Part shown: piece by piece, positions 24,022 to 36,616 of the stretch
Position numbering within the stretch: the stretch's first letter is position 1
How the letters are laid out: each line of letters starts with the position of its first letter
Source: Vermamoeba vermiformis
Lineage: Eukaryota
DNA length: 64,000 nt
Reading direction: 5' to 3'
Assembly: GCA_045837725.1 (NCBI GenBank)
Contig: JBEWZL010000101.1
Location: 124,001 to 188,000, forward strand
Notes under the pieces: model-generated
The model's input: the letters and a program-made list of their open reading frames with translations, nothing else
What the model was told of the DNA's origin: nothing
The model's database searches: none
Program-made: the position numbers and the translations under genes

Positions 24022-27000
24022 TTATTGTTCTTCATTTTTAGAGGGAGCGGCAAAGCCCAACAAGTTTGGATCTACGCTGCGACCCTTCTTCTTGCCTTTA
24101 GCTTGTTGGCCTTGCTGCTTGCCACCAAGAGCTTGTTTGATTTTGTCCTCTTTCTTAACGGTGCTAACGAGGGCAGGGAACTCGTCGCTAATATTAACGG
24201 TCAATCAATGAATATGACACTACGCGCATCAGTACTTACGCAGAGACAACAGGAGCGTTGTTAGCAGCCTCTTGGTTAGGGTTGTAGTCCCAGAAGTTCT
24301 CGTCATCGTCTTCCGCAGCGGCTTGATTGTTGGTGTTGTTGCGCGTGCCCTTCTGCGCTTCTTCTTGACGCAAAATGTCGCGCATGGAGGGTGCTTGCGA
24401 GTTGTTGACTTTCCAAGCTGTGTTCGTCTGCACAGGGGCATTTCTGCTTTGAATTTGACGTTGTTTCTGCTGCTCTTGTTGAATGCTTGCGAGAGACACG
24501 GTCTTCTTGTTGCCACCCTTCTGTTGCTGCGGCTGTGATTGCTTTTGTTGGTGCTTGAACTCTTGTTGCTGAACTTCGCGCAGTGGCACGTCGTTAGCTT
24601 TAGCTGAGAAATTGCTTTGTTTCTTGGAGTCCTTATTGGCCCAGTTGGCTGCTTGTTGTTGCGGTTGAGGAGCTGCTTGTGCCTTCTTTTGACTCTCCAA
24701 CTGTGCCATGCGCTCTTCTTCTTCGAGAATCTCTCTGACCGACATGTTGCTCTTTTCAGGAGATGCCCACGCACCAAGCTTGGGTTGGGGTGGTTGAGAC
24801 TGGGGCGCCTCTCGTTTTTGACGCTCTCTTTCTCTCGCTTCCTCTTCCAAAATCTCACGCATGTTAGGTTTGCCCTTAGCAGCTGGCTTTTGTTGCTTTC
24901 CAGCCCAGTTAACCTTTGGCTCAGGCTCAACAATACCTGCACGCTCTTGCTCCTTTCGTCGCATTTCTTCTTGCTTGCGTCTCATCTCCTCTTCTTGAAT
25001 CTTGTTGAAGGAAGAACCTGAGGAAGATGGGGCGTTGTTTGAACCGCCCCAAGGAGTAGCCAGACGTTGTTGGAGTGCTTGTTGTTGTTTGAATCGTTCT
25101 TCAAACTCTTGTTGCTCGCGTTGTTGTCGAGTCAAATAATCCTTGTAATCTTCCTCTTGAATCGATTTGATTGAAGTACCTTTGCTTTGAGAAGCGTTAG
25201 CCCAAGGTGCGGGAGCGGCAGATACAATCGGTTGTGGAGGAGGCGATTGCGGCTGAACTTGTTGCGGTTGCGGTGCTTGAGTCTGCTTCTTAGTTGTAGG
25301 AGCAACGTGTTGCACAGGTTGTGATTGGACGGGTTGAGGCTTCTTCGCTTTGGGTTTGTTTGTCTCCCAACTGCTATCGTCCTTTTCGAGCACAGAGGAC
25401 TGCTGCGATTTGTCCGCATTGTTCTTCTCCAAGCTACCAAAGTTCATTCCCCACAAATCACTGAACGGAGACTCTTCCTTCTTCTGTTGCTTGGGCGCAC
25501 TCGACTTGCCCTCGAGATCTTCAATCTTGAACACTCCTTGTTTTCGGGTTAAACCAGACTCGCCATGGGCTTGCGATGGTTGAGGAGAAGCGGGATAGAC
25601 AGGCTGCACTCGCTGTGGACTTGGACTACCCCAACCGCCTTGGTTGGGCCAGCCTGCTTGCTGTACGGGCGTTGTTTGTTGTGCTAAGTGCTGCAACTGT
25701 TGAAGGAGAGCAACAGCCGAAGGTTGGCTCTGGTCTAGGGACGGGTTGACGTGTTGAGTGCCAGGGTAATGGAATGGCAGCGGTGCAGCATGTTGCAAAT
25801 TGACTGGCAGTTGTTGCTGCTGCTGTTGTTGAACGAGTACTTGGTGCAATTGCAGCAATTGATAGTGAAGGAGCACGGGAATAGTGCCGCTTTGAACCCA
25901 CTCGGCAAGTGGTTGACCAGTGAATGGGTTACGCTATATTAATGGTCAGCAATGCAGACGAAGACCGGTATTGAATTTACCTGTTCCATCAATATAAGCT
26001 CACCCAAGTAGACCCATTTGTTATCAGTAGCTTTTCTCAGGCTTGAATTACCGTTAGTCAATCGAAATACAACAAAATAAAGTTCTTACATCAGATCAGC
26101 TTGAAGGTAGTTATGCATAATCCATTCGTTCATCTTGCTTGAGGGATAAGGGCCGTGATCAATGCCTTGTGAATCCTTGTACACCCATGTGGTGCCTTCG
26201 AGTTGTTGTTTAAGTGCATCTTGAACAGCTGACAGCGTTAGTTGAGGAGTGGCGTGAGACGGAGTTTCAGCAGGTTTTGAAGCCTGAACAGCCACTGGCT
26301 TCTCAACTGCAGGCTGGGGCTGAGGTTGTGTCGGTTGGTTTGGTATCGCTGGCTTGGGCTTTTCAAGAGCTACTGCCGCTTTGTTGTCAACGGAAGTCGT
26401 TTCTTTCTTGGCGTCCTCTTTCTTCGTTGCCTCTTGAGAGTGGCGCAACTTCATGTCCATGGAACTGTCAAGCTCTTTCTTCTTCTTTTTCTTCTTTTTA
26501 ACCTCGTCCCAGTCATCGTCCTTGCTCTCGGACAGATCAGTTGAGCGCTCAAGAGCTCCATCTTCATGGTACTCGTATTCTTCATCCTCGCCATCATGAT
26601 CATCCTCACCGCGCTCTCTTCGTTTGTCTCGCCAACTTCCCGCTTCGCCTTCACGACCGAAAGCAGAAAATTTGGACTCGCCTGGGAAAGTGTCAACAGA
26701 AATTTAAAAAAGACTCTTAAATATTATTGTACCTTCTATCCTTCCGCCGCGGCCTCCTCGTCCTATAGATAATTAATATTAGTTTCAGTGAATCGTTGTG
26801 ATGTACGGTACATACCACGAGGTGGACCGCCTCGTCCTCCGCGGGTAGAGAACCCTCTACCGCCACGGCCCCCGCGTTGAAATGCTGAGGATTGCTTGCC
26901 AGAAAAACGACCCTGAAATGGTTCCGTTTAGTCAAAAAGCGGTACCAAAGCGCGAAGTTGTCTTTCTTGGATTAAAACAAAAAAAAATACCAAAAATTAA

Positions 27001-27383
27001 GTATTAATATTTTATCGTGCATTCTGGTGACCAAACAACACTACTTGCGAGTTGGAACCAAAAGCCACGCATAAATAAAATTACTTTCCAAAATAAAAGA
27101 GTAAAGCTTTTACCTCATCCGGCGTAAATGCTACCGGTTGCAGTGCTTCTTTAGTCATAACCATAGGATGAAACACAAACTCTTCAGGTAAAGCATAATC
27201 AGGCTTGAATAGCGCAAGCATTTCTTCTTTGGAATAATTTCCATCTCGGCCTATGTAGTCGGTCGGAATGCTGTCCTTGAGACTATAAGAAGACGTGTTT
27301 TGAGCGTCCCCTAGCAAGTTGTTTTCGGAGTCTTTATTTTCAGCACCAGAAAGGGTTTCAAAAGGATTCGCTTGAGTTGTCAT
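24022..27383 (-). CDS. GIGYF: GYF-domain protein, GIGYF/Smy2-like
   Basis: N-terminal 4EHP-binding-like motif NYSKEEMLALF; RGG-rich exon; GYF domain WVYKDSQGIDHGPYPSSKMNEWIMHNYL; Q-rich region with repeated S(I/M)REIxxEE motifs; C-terminal VDPNLLGF. Confidence 0.8.
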
Positions 27384-27772
27384 TGCGCAAAAAGGGGTAT
27401 TAACAAAAATAGGTATATATTTTACAAATAATTACGAGTGCTATTGCACTACTTTAAACTTCAACTTCATAAACCTACCAACAGGCTAAATTAACCACGT
27501 TTCGTCGGTCAAATTTTGGTCAAAATACGGATTCTGTTTCGAAAGCCGCAAAAAGTCGGCAGACGCTGTACCATTGGATAGGATCGATAATGCACCATCC
27601 AAGTGGGCGTAAGGTTGCGAAACAAAGCGTTGGCAAAGAAATTTCGAAAGCGCGTGCATGATTGGTCAGTTTTTTTTATTAACTTTAACTTGTCTGTTTT
27701 CTTTCCATCTTCGTTGGTGCCTTCATTTTTGTCCCTTGTCACCACGAAGGCCTCGTTATTATACGCACAAAA

Positions 27773-28495
27773 ATGGTTCAACGTCTCCACTATCGCAGAA
27801 GACACTCTTACAACACCAAGTCTAACAAAACTAAAGTGTATGAAAATTTAATCCGATGTTGAAGATCGAACAAAAATTATTATCTAATTATTGTAATAAT
27901 TATCGTGTTCAATAATACTAATTATTTATTTTTATTTGTGGCCTACAGTATCAAGACTCCAGGTAAATACGATCAAAATTTTTTTTAATTTCTTTTGCTT
28001 ATTATTTATTTAATAGGAGGCAGACTTCTCTATCAATACAGAACCAAGACTGCCAATGGTCCTAAGTGCGGCGATTGCGGTACTGAAATTCAAGGTGTAA
28101 GTTCGAGATTCAACTTTCTATTTTTAATTTAGGTGCCCGTTAATAATAATAACGAACGACGAAATGGATGCAAATACAATTAATTGGGAGGACACTTTCA
28201 GAGGACTGTAATAACGAATATTAATAATAACGCATTCACTTCAGGTCCCTCACTTGAGACCCAAGGCCTACTCTCGTGTTGAACGAAAGAACAAGAGTGT
28301 CACTCGTGCTTATGGTGGCTCTAGATGCGCTCACTGCGTCCGCGAGCGGTAAGGATATTTTTGGATCAGATCGGACAGTTTAACTGATCGCTGTTTCATC
28401 TTAGTGTTGTTCGTGCCTTTTTGATTGAGGAGCAACGTATTGTTAAGAAGCTTTTGAAGGCCCAACAAGCCAAGAAGCAAACCAAGGCCGAATAA
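27773..28495 (+). CDS. RPL34: 60S ribosomal protein L34 (eL34), 5 exons
   Basis: [64 protein letters not shown]. Confidence 0.97.
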
Positions 28496-28680
28496 GAAGC
28501 TTGTCTGTGATCAAAATAAAATACGAAAACTAAACCTTGTACTATTTGTTAAAAATTAGAAGCGCTGCATAGTTGAACGTACGTTGTGTTGATAGTGAGG
28601 GCTATATTACAATTTATTTACAAAAATTCTGTACAAATAAGCTAGGCATTTGTCCGTGGCGAGACTACCAATATATTTGA

Positions 28681-29082
28681 TTACTGATCGGGATGAATGC
28701 CCGTGCAAGTGAGTGTCACCATGTATTTCATCAAGTTCTGTTTGGTGGTGATTGTCTCTTCGCTGTAGTTCTTCACGACTGCGTTCTCAAATTTCCACTT
28801 TGACGTCAATACGCCATTGGGAGTATATTGTGCTAAATAGACTTCTGCTGGTTCATCACCTTCTGTAAACTCTTTGACAGATTGGATCCACTTTCGCAGT
28901 GCGTGGTTGTTTTTGTTGAGTTGAAATTCAAAATGCACGTCGGATAATCGATGATAATTATTATCTATGCTTTCAAAGCCACTCCATCGATGAATCTTGA
29001 TGCCCATATAATTATACGACAATTTAATTTCCAAAAATAACCCTGTTACTACTTGTTGGTTGAAGATCCAATTAGCTGCCAT
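28681..29082 (-). CDS. Intronless 133-aa protein resembling phage/eCIS tail-tube (T4 gp19-like) fold
   Basis: Clean ORF. The C-terminal two-thirds, ALRKWIQSV...VYLAQYTPNGVLTSKWKFENAVVKNYS...MVTLTCTGI, follow the tube-protein pattern L.W...V...I.L.D..G....W.F.NAWP.K.....IE.L.L..EG. Recognised by eye only. Confidence 0.6.
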   Translation of the reverse strand: MAANWIFNQQVVTGLFLEIKLSYNYMGIKIHRWSGFESIDNNYHRLSDVHFEFQLNKNNHALRKWIQSVKEFTEGDEPAEVYLAQYTPNGVLTSKWKFENAVVKNYSEETITTKQNLMKYMVTLTCTGIHPDQ

Positions 29083-29250
29083 TCAAGCACTTGTAATTTT
29101 AACTAATTAATTATAATATTTTTGGGTTGATTGTCTTGACAGAGTTTGTGTTGTGCTTGTTGTTGACTTGCGCAAAAATGAGTTGTCGGCAACGTGACAT
29201 ATTTATTTTATTGTAATATATAACACATCACATAATTAATATACATATAC

Positions 29251-29809
29251 ATGTCGGCAGAAGAAGAGAAAGTATCCAACTTGTTTATGAACGTCAGGTA
29301 GTAGTATACCGCGGATCTAACTCGAGATGCACCTTTTAACGACAATTTCTTTGAAAACAAATAGACCTAAATGGGTCGATGATGAGACTGTTACGAATTG
29401 TCACAAATGCCACTCTAAATTCTCATTTTTCACGCGCAAGGTAATTTAAAAATTAAAATGTCATTTGCTTGTTATAAAATTGTTACAGTTATAAAATATA
29501 CGAGTAATGTGCTATTTTGTAGTTCAATTTAAGACATATTATACTCACTGACAGATCCGAAATTGATCTAATGACTTATTTCTTTAGCACCACTGCCGAT
29601 ACTGCGGTCAAGTAAGTGATTAACGAGTCATAGTTATATACCATTAGGTATTGAACGCTTTAACCAAATTCTTACCTGTGCAACCCGTGCAGGTGTTTTG
29701 TGGATCGTGCAGCAACCACCAACGGACCATTCCGAAGTTGAATTACAAATATGAAGTACGCGTGTGCACCGACTGCAATAATTTACTATCGAGGACAGAT
29801 AACTTTTAG
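29251..29809 (+). CDS. Stand-alone FYVE zinc-finger protein (under 100 aa), 4 exons
   Basis: PKWVDDETVTNCHKCHSKFSFFTRKHHCRYCGQVFCGSCS...EVRVCTDC: the WxxD, R(R/K)HHCR and RVC motifs are intact. Confidence 0.9.
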
Positions 29810-30105
29810 TGCGATAACAATAAAATTTTGTACGATCGGATTTGATTGCGGAGTCCGGACATTACATCAGTGATAATGATTCTGAAGGCAGTACAAGAAT
29901 GCTATTCAATCTTAGTCTCTATGATTAGTTGACTCGGTGGTGAGATTGATTGGGCCCAATCGTGTTCCGCGCGTAATTAGCCGAGGGTTGACAGGAGAAA
30001 ATTACTACGTGACCAAACGAACTTCTCCTCGTTGCAAGAGTAAAGCAAAGTTATTAAGTAACTTTGTGCTTCATTTCAGCAAGCTTAGTTTGGTCTTAAA
30101 GTGGC

Positions 30106-33100
30106 ATGCCTTCGTTTACACAAGGTTGCACTTTGCTTCTCATCCTTTTGGCCGGTTGGCTTCAATATTCTGCAGGTGGGTTAATTAATGAATAAATTAC
30201 ATTATTCCTTGGCATTGCTATTATACAGTTAAAATAAATTTTGGTTTTTACGTTTATTGATCTTTCGGAAGTAGATGCTACCTCAGAAATTAGAATTGAC
30301 GGCTCATTCGGAGTAGTGGGGGATGCTAACACCTACAAGGGTATGTTTTAATATTTTTTGCGTCTACCTATTCGCGATCTGATCTGCGAACTGGTGTTGT
30401 GTTGCTAGTGTATTAAATCGCTAAATCTCGCTACCAGGTGTCGCTTACGGTCCACAAAATGGAAATGTATTCGTACTGTCCGAAACAAATCATATTTGGA
30501 CGATTAAATGCGCGATCAGCAACAGAGGCAAGTGTTGCAAGCCGCGTTATTGACCTATATTAACATGACGTGCTTAGGCAGCACTGACTTTGGCAGTTCA
30601 GTGGGTATTTCGAAAGATTTAATTGCAGGAAGTGACACGCGCAATGGCCAAGTGGTGCTCATGTTCATCGATCCGCTCAATCAAGTCACTGCGCCCACTG
30701 TGCGCCGCAACAACACATTCATTGAACGCGTCAAGAATGCCACGCGTCAGATGTCACCTTACGACTACCACTACTTCACGACTAACTGCCAGTCATTTGA
30801 TGTATCCTTATTTTAATTATTATTGTCTACCACATTCGCTGTGTTCTGCAGCAATACTATAGTCCCTTAACACTGTCCACTAGGTTGTGACGTCAGGCTC
30901 ATTCAACACGGTCAACAATTCACTCACCTACACCATTGGCTACCCTGATTCAACGCCGCTGTTCACTTCATCGGGCTGCGATGACTGTCAGATTGGTGAC
31001 ATTATCGCCATGTCCTCGCGCACACTAGTCACTACTTGTGCACGTGACTGCAATCCCAAGGCTGGACGTCGCGGCTCAGATCCCACTTGTCGTCCAGTGT
31101 GCGTCATTCCACTCGGTAAGTGCCTGTGACGTGTTGTGTAGGTCATTTCGTGCCACTAATGACACCTGTCAGAAACTGACACGCTGCAGCCTGTCATGCC
31201 ACTGCCGCTGTTCGACGGCACCGCGCAAAGTGTGCAAAAAGTGGACGAGTACTGGGTGGACACGTACACCTCTGCCATCACCATCAACGACCGTGCCATC
31301 GCTGTTGCGAGTAAGTCTCAATCAACGCGCTGAATGTCACACTGACCTCTTCGCAGCTTGTGACGCTGGTCTCGATTTGAGTGACTCGCGCTCCTCCACC
31401 CTTGCCACTGGATTTTTCATCTGCTCGCTGACGGAGACTGGTCTGATCAATCGCTGCTCCGATGAAATTCTTGATCCGCGCATGCCCACGTGCGGCTCGT
31501 CCATCACACTCGATGCGAACAATGAATTCGCAGCCATTGGCTTTTCGGATCTGAACACGGTGCTCATTTGGCGTCTCAACGGCACTTCCGCGCCAAAATT
31601 CCACAGCCGCATTGTGGGCAAACAAAACGAGTTCTTTGGCTTTGGCAGCACAGTGGCCTTTGAAATCATTGAAGGACATCTCTTGCTGCTCGTGTCGAGC
31701 TCTGGCAGTTCACTCTTGCCCAAATATGGCTCGATTGTGTTCTATTACTTTGACCGCTCAACTGACACCTTTGAACGACAGCTCGGTCGCATTCCAAGGT
31801 ACGTGTATGTTCTATTAATAGCCGCATTAGTAACACACGTGCAGCATTCAATTTGACACCAAGTACATGTACGGCTACAAAGCTGAGATCAACAACGGCA
31901 CATTGTTCGTGGCTTCCATGGCCAACACTGAAGGCACACGCTTGTGGGAAGTCGACGTCATTGGTACGTAGCATGCTGCTTATAGTGCAATAGTATAGTG
32001 CTGTGTCCTCACACCATCAGATTCCTGCAAGAACGGTTCGCACTTCTTCCAGACTGGGTGTGCGCAATGTCCTGCCGGCCAATACTCCGCTGGTCGTGAC
32101 GTATGCCGATGATTTGTTTAGCACACGCAACATCTGACTAATCGCTGATAGTTTTCACCGTGCTTGTTGTGTCCTGAAGGCACCGCCAATCCTAACATGG
32201 GCGGCAGTTCCCCTCGCTCGTGTCTCAAAACACTATGCCGCGGTGAAACGCCGATCTGTCCTGTTGGCTCACCGCACGCCCTTCGTGATCACTTTGAACG
32301 CGAGACATATGCCATTCTCGATCCCGATCGCCACGGCTCAGCGGCACTGCACTTCGAATCCACTTTCTTCTACTCCACGACACCTGTCATCGCCCTCGTG
32401 CTGCTCTTGCTCGTAGTCGTCACGGGTGTGCTGTCCATTCCGCAGATCAAAAATCACCGCAAAGTGCGTGTTTGTTTGCGCCAATACACGCGCTTCAACT
32501 TGATCGACGACAAGCGCCACGACATCATGTCAACAGCGTTCAGCATCTGGCTCGTCGTGTCGATTGCCATGTTCATCTACTTTGCAGTCTCGTTCCAGGC
32601 CTCCAATCTGAACGACAGTGTCTCCACTGAACTGCGCACGACGGATGAGGTTGAAGACTGGCACGGCATGACCAATGTGACCAACATTGACATCCCGCCC
32701 TTCTCCGTGTCCCTAGCACTCATTGGTTACAACGGTCCTTGCAACATCAGTATCTTTGAGGTAATTCCCTGGCACGTGGCACCAATGTTCTAACTTCACT
32801 TGCACTACAGTACAGCATCAAGGGCTGCATGTCAGCTGACTTCAACGAGTGCATTCCCGATGAATTCACCGCTAAGTCAGGCGTCATGGAAGGCAGTCCC
32901 ACGTGCAATGTGACGCTCAAGTTCCCCGAGGGCAGCAAGTTCGATTTTGTGGCGAACATCAGCATTGTATCGACATTCGATCACCTCTATGCACAAGAGG
33001 CGTGGTTCAAAGTGTCGACATTGAACAATCCCCTCACCGACGAGAATGCAATCAAGGGCAACTCATACCTCAGTGGCATTGTAAGTGCATTCATCTTACA

Positions 33101-33879
33101 CCCTATTTGTCCGCGCAATTGACATTGGCCTTCAGATTCGTCCAGAACGAGATCACATCTTGCGCGGTGAAACAACGGTAGAAATCTTGTCGACAATGAT
33201 TGCTGCCATCAAGTGTCAATTCACTATTAGCACTGAGGACCTATTGCTGCGCTTTAGCAACGAGATCTGCAAGTTTGACGCGTTCAATTCGGTCAAACAA
33301 TTCAGCGTCATTTCAAACTCGACGAGTCTCGTGCAGCCACAAGAGTTCTACGTGCCCAAGGACTCGAGTCACGAACACTACCGCTTCACACTCATGTTCA
33401 ACAAGGGGCACTACTACAAGTTGAAGAAGTTCAGTCGTTATGTGACTGACATTCAAGTCTGGGTGTTGATTTTGTTGTTCATCTTCGGCTTCTTGTGGTC
33501 ATTCTATGCTGGTACGATGTGACACTGCAAGATCAGTCATAATGACAGAACTAACGTCTTATTCACAGCCATCAAATCGTTCGTGGCCTTCATCCTCCGC
33601 ATTGTGCGCCTTATTATTAAGAAGACACGCAAGTCACGTCGCACAGCGGCGTTGTTGGACAATGCAGATCAGTTCAATTACGAGAGCGATCTGGATAACG
33701 AAGGCACGCGCATGATGTCTATTAGCAATCCACCGAATGGCAAGGCAAATGAGGGTCACTCTCATATGCGAAATAGAACGCCAAGCACAAGCTCAGTGGA
33801 GAGCTTGGCCGATCTGGATCCATTCAACATGTCCAGCTCGACAGAACAGCTTCAAAAACGGCCCAAGAGCACCTTGTAA
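30106..33879 (+). CDS. Large multi-pass membrane protein: signal peptide, FG-GAP-like propeller repeats, Cys-rich repeats, three hydrophobic TM regions
   Basis: MPSFTQGCTLLLILLAGW signal; DFGSSVGIS and GFGSTVAF repeats; CAQCPAGQYS and CLLCPEGTANP; hydrophobic segments at ~32385, ~32530 and ~33455-33620. Confidence 0.7.
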
Positions 33880-34003
33880 ATAATTTGCGAAATGAAAGTC
33901 CTATTTAACACTGTCATTATTCGTTACTGGTACATTTATTTACATTTAAATAATTTGATTTCTTTAGCTGCTGCATTCTATATTACAATCCAAAATCTCG
34001 TGA

Positions 34004-35200
34004 TTACTCTTCGTACGAGTGAAGCAGCTCAGCTACAGTTACCATGTTGCTGCCGATGAGTTGTAACTGCGGTCGTTGTCGCACTGCTTGCACCAAATCA
34101 TCGCGCGTCACGGTGTTGTGCACTTCAACCACCTCCATGCCACGCATACTCGCGGGATTTGTGATGTACTCTGCGGGCACACCGAGCTGCAGCGGTGAGG
34201 GCGAGGAAGGATTGATGACAGGTGTCACATAGCCGTTGTTGCCGTACTGCGCGACATGATTCAAGTCCACAATGTTACCGCCGTCATTCGTCACATCGTT
34301 CTCAAACATGTATTTGGGTCCAGGTAGTGTTCTCTTGGCTCGATTGACATCAGACTTGTACATGAATGCTGTCAGCACGTGATCGAGTGCTGTCAACATG
34401 AGGGGCACGCATTCAGGCTGCATGTTCGTCAGTCCTGATCCGCGAGCTATCTTTTCCATTTTACTCTTCAATGTTGCGTATTCGGCTGTTGTGCGATGTT
34501 CTATGCAGCGCGCGTTAGTTAGGCATCGTATGTATTGATATAGTGTTGACTTACCTCGACGACCTAGCGGATCAGGCAGCCCTCGTTTTCCATACGGAGT
34601 GCGAGGTCCAGTTTTAGTCTTACGATGACGCAGCGTTGCAATGTACGCACTTCTCAAAATTGTCATCATAAACATGTTGTGAATGGCCACTACAGCAATC
34701 AAAGTGTCAGCAAGACGGATCAACAGCGGAAAAAATTTTCGCGCCATAAGACACTACCGAGCGACAGGTCATATGCGCAGAATAGAGTGATATGTTGCAG
34801 TACGGTACTTACCTAACTTCTCCGGCAGTATTTTGCGTAGCTCAGATTCAAACTCTGGCTTAGTGACTTTACCATTGACAAACTGCTTCAGCAAGTCGAA
34901 ATATTTTGGGAAGCCTTCCTTGAGCTGATTCATAAGCAGATTCTTAAGATCTGCAGGAGTTTGGATGCGTCTTTGAGGCTGATTTGGTTGGGCTTGTGAA
35001 GGGTGGCTGCTAGGGTGTGGTTGTGTCATAGGTGGAGGCATGGGTTGGCCGGCGGGTCGCGACGGAAATGGGGGTCCATTCAAGCCCGCTGGCTGCATCG
35101 GCATCTGCCCCGCAGCATAGTGCGAGCCTGGAATTGGGGGACGTTGAAAGGTTTGTTGCATGTGTGGTGGTGGTTCTACTTCCATTGGTGTCGGATTCAT
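34004..35200 (-). CDS. TADA1: SAGA subunit Ada1/TADA1-like
   Basis: KYFDLLKQFVNGKVTKPEFESELRKIL...IHNMFMMTIL (Tad1 N-terminal domain). The histone-fold-like KMEKIARGSGL...ECVPLMLTALDHVL follows. Confidence 0.7.
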
Positions 35201-35620
35201 GGTTGATAGGGAAAGTGAGTTCTTTAAATGCGGTTTTCTCGTTGATGGCGGAAAAGTTCCTTCTTTTTTTTGCTTGCCGAATTGAATATTCTTGTAGAAT
35301 AAACAATACTTCTATTTCTTGTGTAAAGTACCTTCAGAGGAAGAAGCGAAGCTCGACTGAATTTTCAGCGCCAGGCAACATCCAAATCGTAAACAAAATG
35401 GTACCGCAAGAAATACAAAGACCTGATTATGTTATATAAAAGAGACTAAGGAACAATAGCCCGCCAAATAATAAGGACGAAGAATAAATCGTGCGAGTAA
35501 CAACGGCTCTCACGCTCGGTTTTGACCGTCAAAATTTGTTGCGTTAAATTTTTGACGAGCAAATTTATGCATACATACAGCACCTCGTCTGAGGCTCAAT
35601 AATTACAGGATTTGATTACT

Positions 35621-36244
35621 TTATTGGGAAGAGGTTTGGTTTTGTTCTGTTGAGGGCATTAGACTTTTGCCTTGCATAAAAACAGCTGCAATACAATGCG
35701 TCAGTACGTGTCACTTGCTACAACTTAAATAAGTGTACCTTTAATATATGGGTGTTGATAGTAGTTGTTCAATGGCTCGAATGTGTATTTAGTGACTTTC
35801 ATATCCACGCCAGGCCACATAGATTCTAATATAACGAGTTAGAGCAGCCCAACTAAGTCTCATTACAAGGTGCGTACCCTTGGCGTATTTCAGGAATTTA
35901 TCAGCGGTCTCTTTGTCAGCATCAATAGTCAGCTTTTGATTGTAAATAATCATCTCGAACGACTCTTGGAACTTCTTGTATTTGAATACTGACTTCAATA
36001 CTGTCCATCGCTTTGTTTTTGTGGGCAGACCAACGGGGCCAACCATCTAATATATGAATTAGCGGGCGACAATAGCACTATACAATGCGTGTACCTTAAT
36101 ATTGAGCATATCTGCTGCCATCTTGAGTCGGTCAGCCATCTTCACGACACGGTTGTCGTAGCACGAGAGTTTCAGCTCAAGAACTGTGCGAGGGCCTTTA
36201 GTCGTCACTCGTTGTGCGACCTGCTTGATTACTTGCGTAGCCAT
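35621..36244 (-). CDS. MRPS10: Mitochondrial-type ribosomal protein S10 (uS10m)
   Basis: VGPVGLPTKTKRWTVLKSVFKYKKFQESFEM matches the uS10 GPxxLPT...TVLxSP signature. Four exons. Confidence 0.75.
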
Positions 36245-36616
36245 CTATTTAAAAGCATTAGTTCATGACACCGGATCGAATCTAATACTATTAAAATAAA
36301 TTTATTGTTTCATAATTGTATTTGAGGCAATAAATTGTCCCAAAGGTATTTGTGTAATTATTTATACATAAAATAATTGCAGATAATTTGTTTGCATGAA
36401 TTCAACTGCGTTAGATTAGATCCGTGTTTTTATTTGAGATCCATAAGCTTTTCAGCTTATTGTGACTGTGTCCAATGAATAAACAACCGTTGTGCCAGAG
36501 AGCGTACCTTTAACAGCAATATTGATCTTCTGCTGGTGGCTAGAATAAAAAAGGAAACGTTTTACTTTATTGTCATTCATAGCTCCACAGCAACACAAAA
36601 ATAGACAGATAGCAGT

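Noticed and set aside
28097-28244. Possible intronic snoRNA in the longest RPL34 intron
   Set aside because: No convincing C/D box pair or H/ACA hairpins were found by eye.
4768-29082. S74 gene and tail-tube-like gene as one phage-tail locus
   Set aside because: They are ~24 kb apart with many unrelated genes between. Eukaryotic ICA domains are already known independently of tails.
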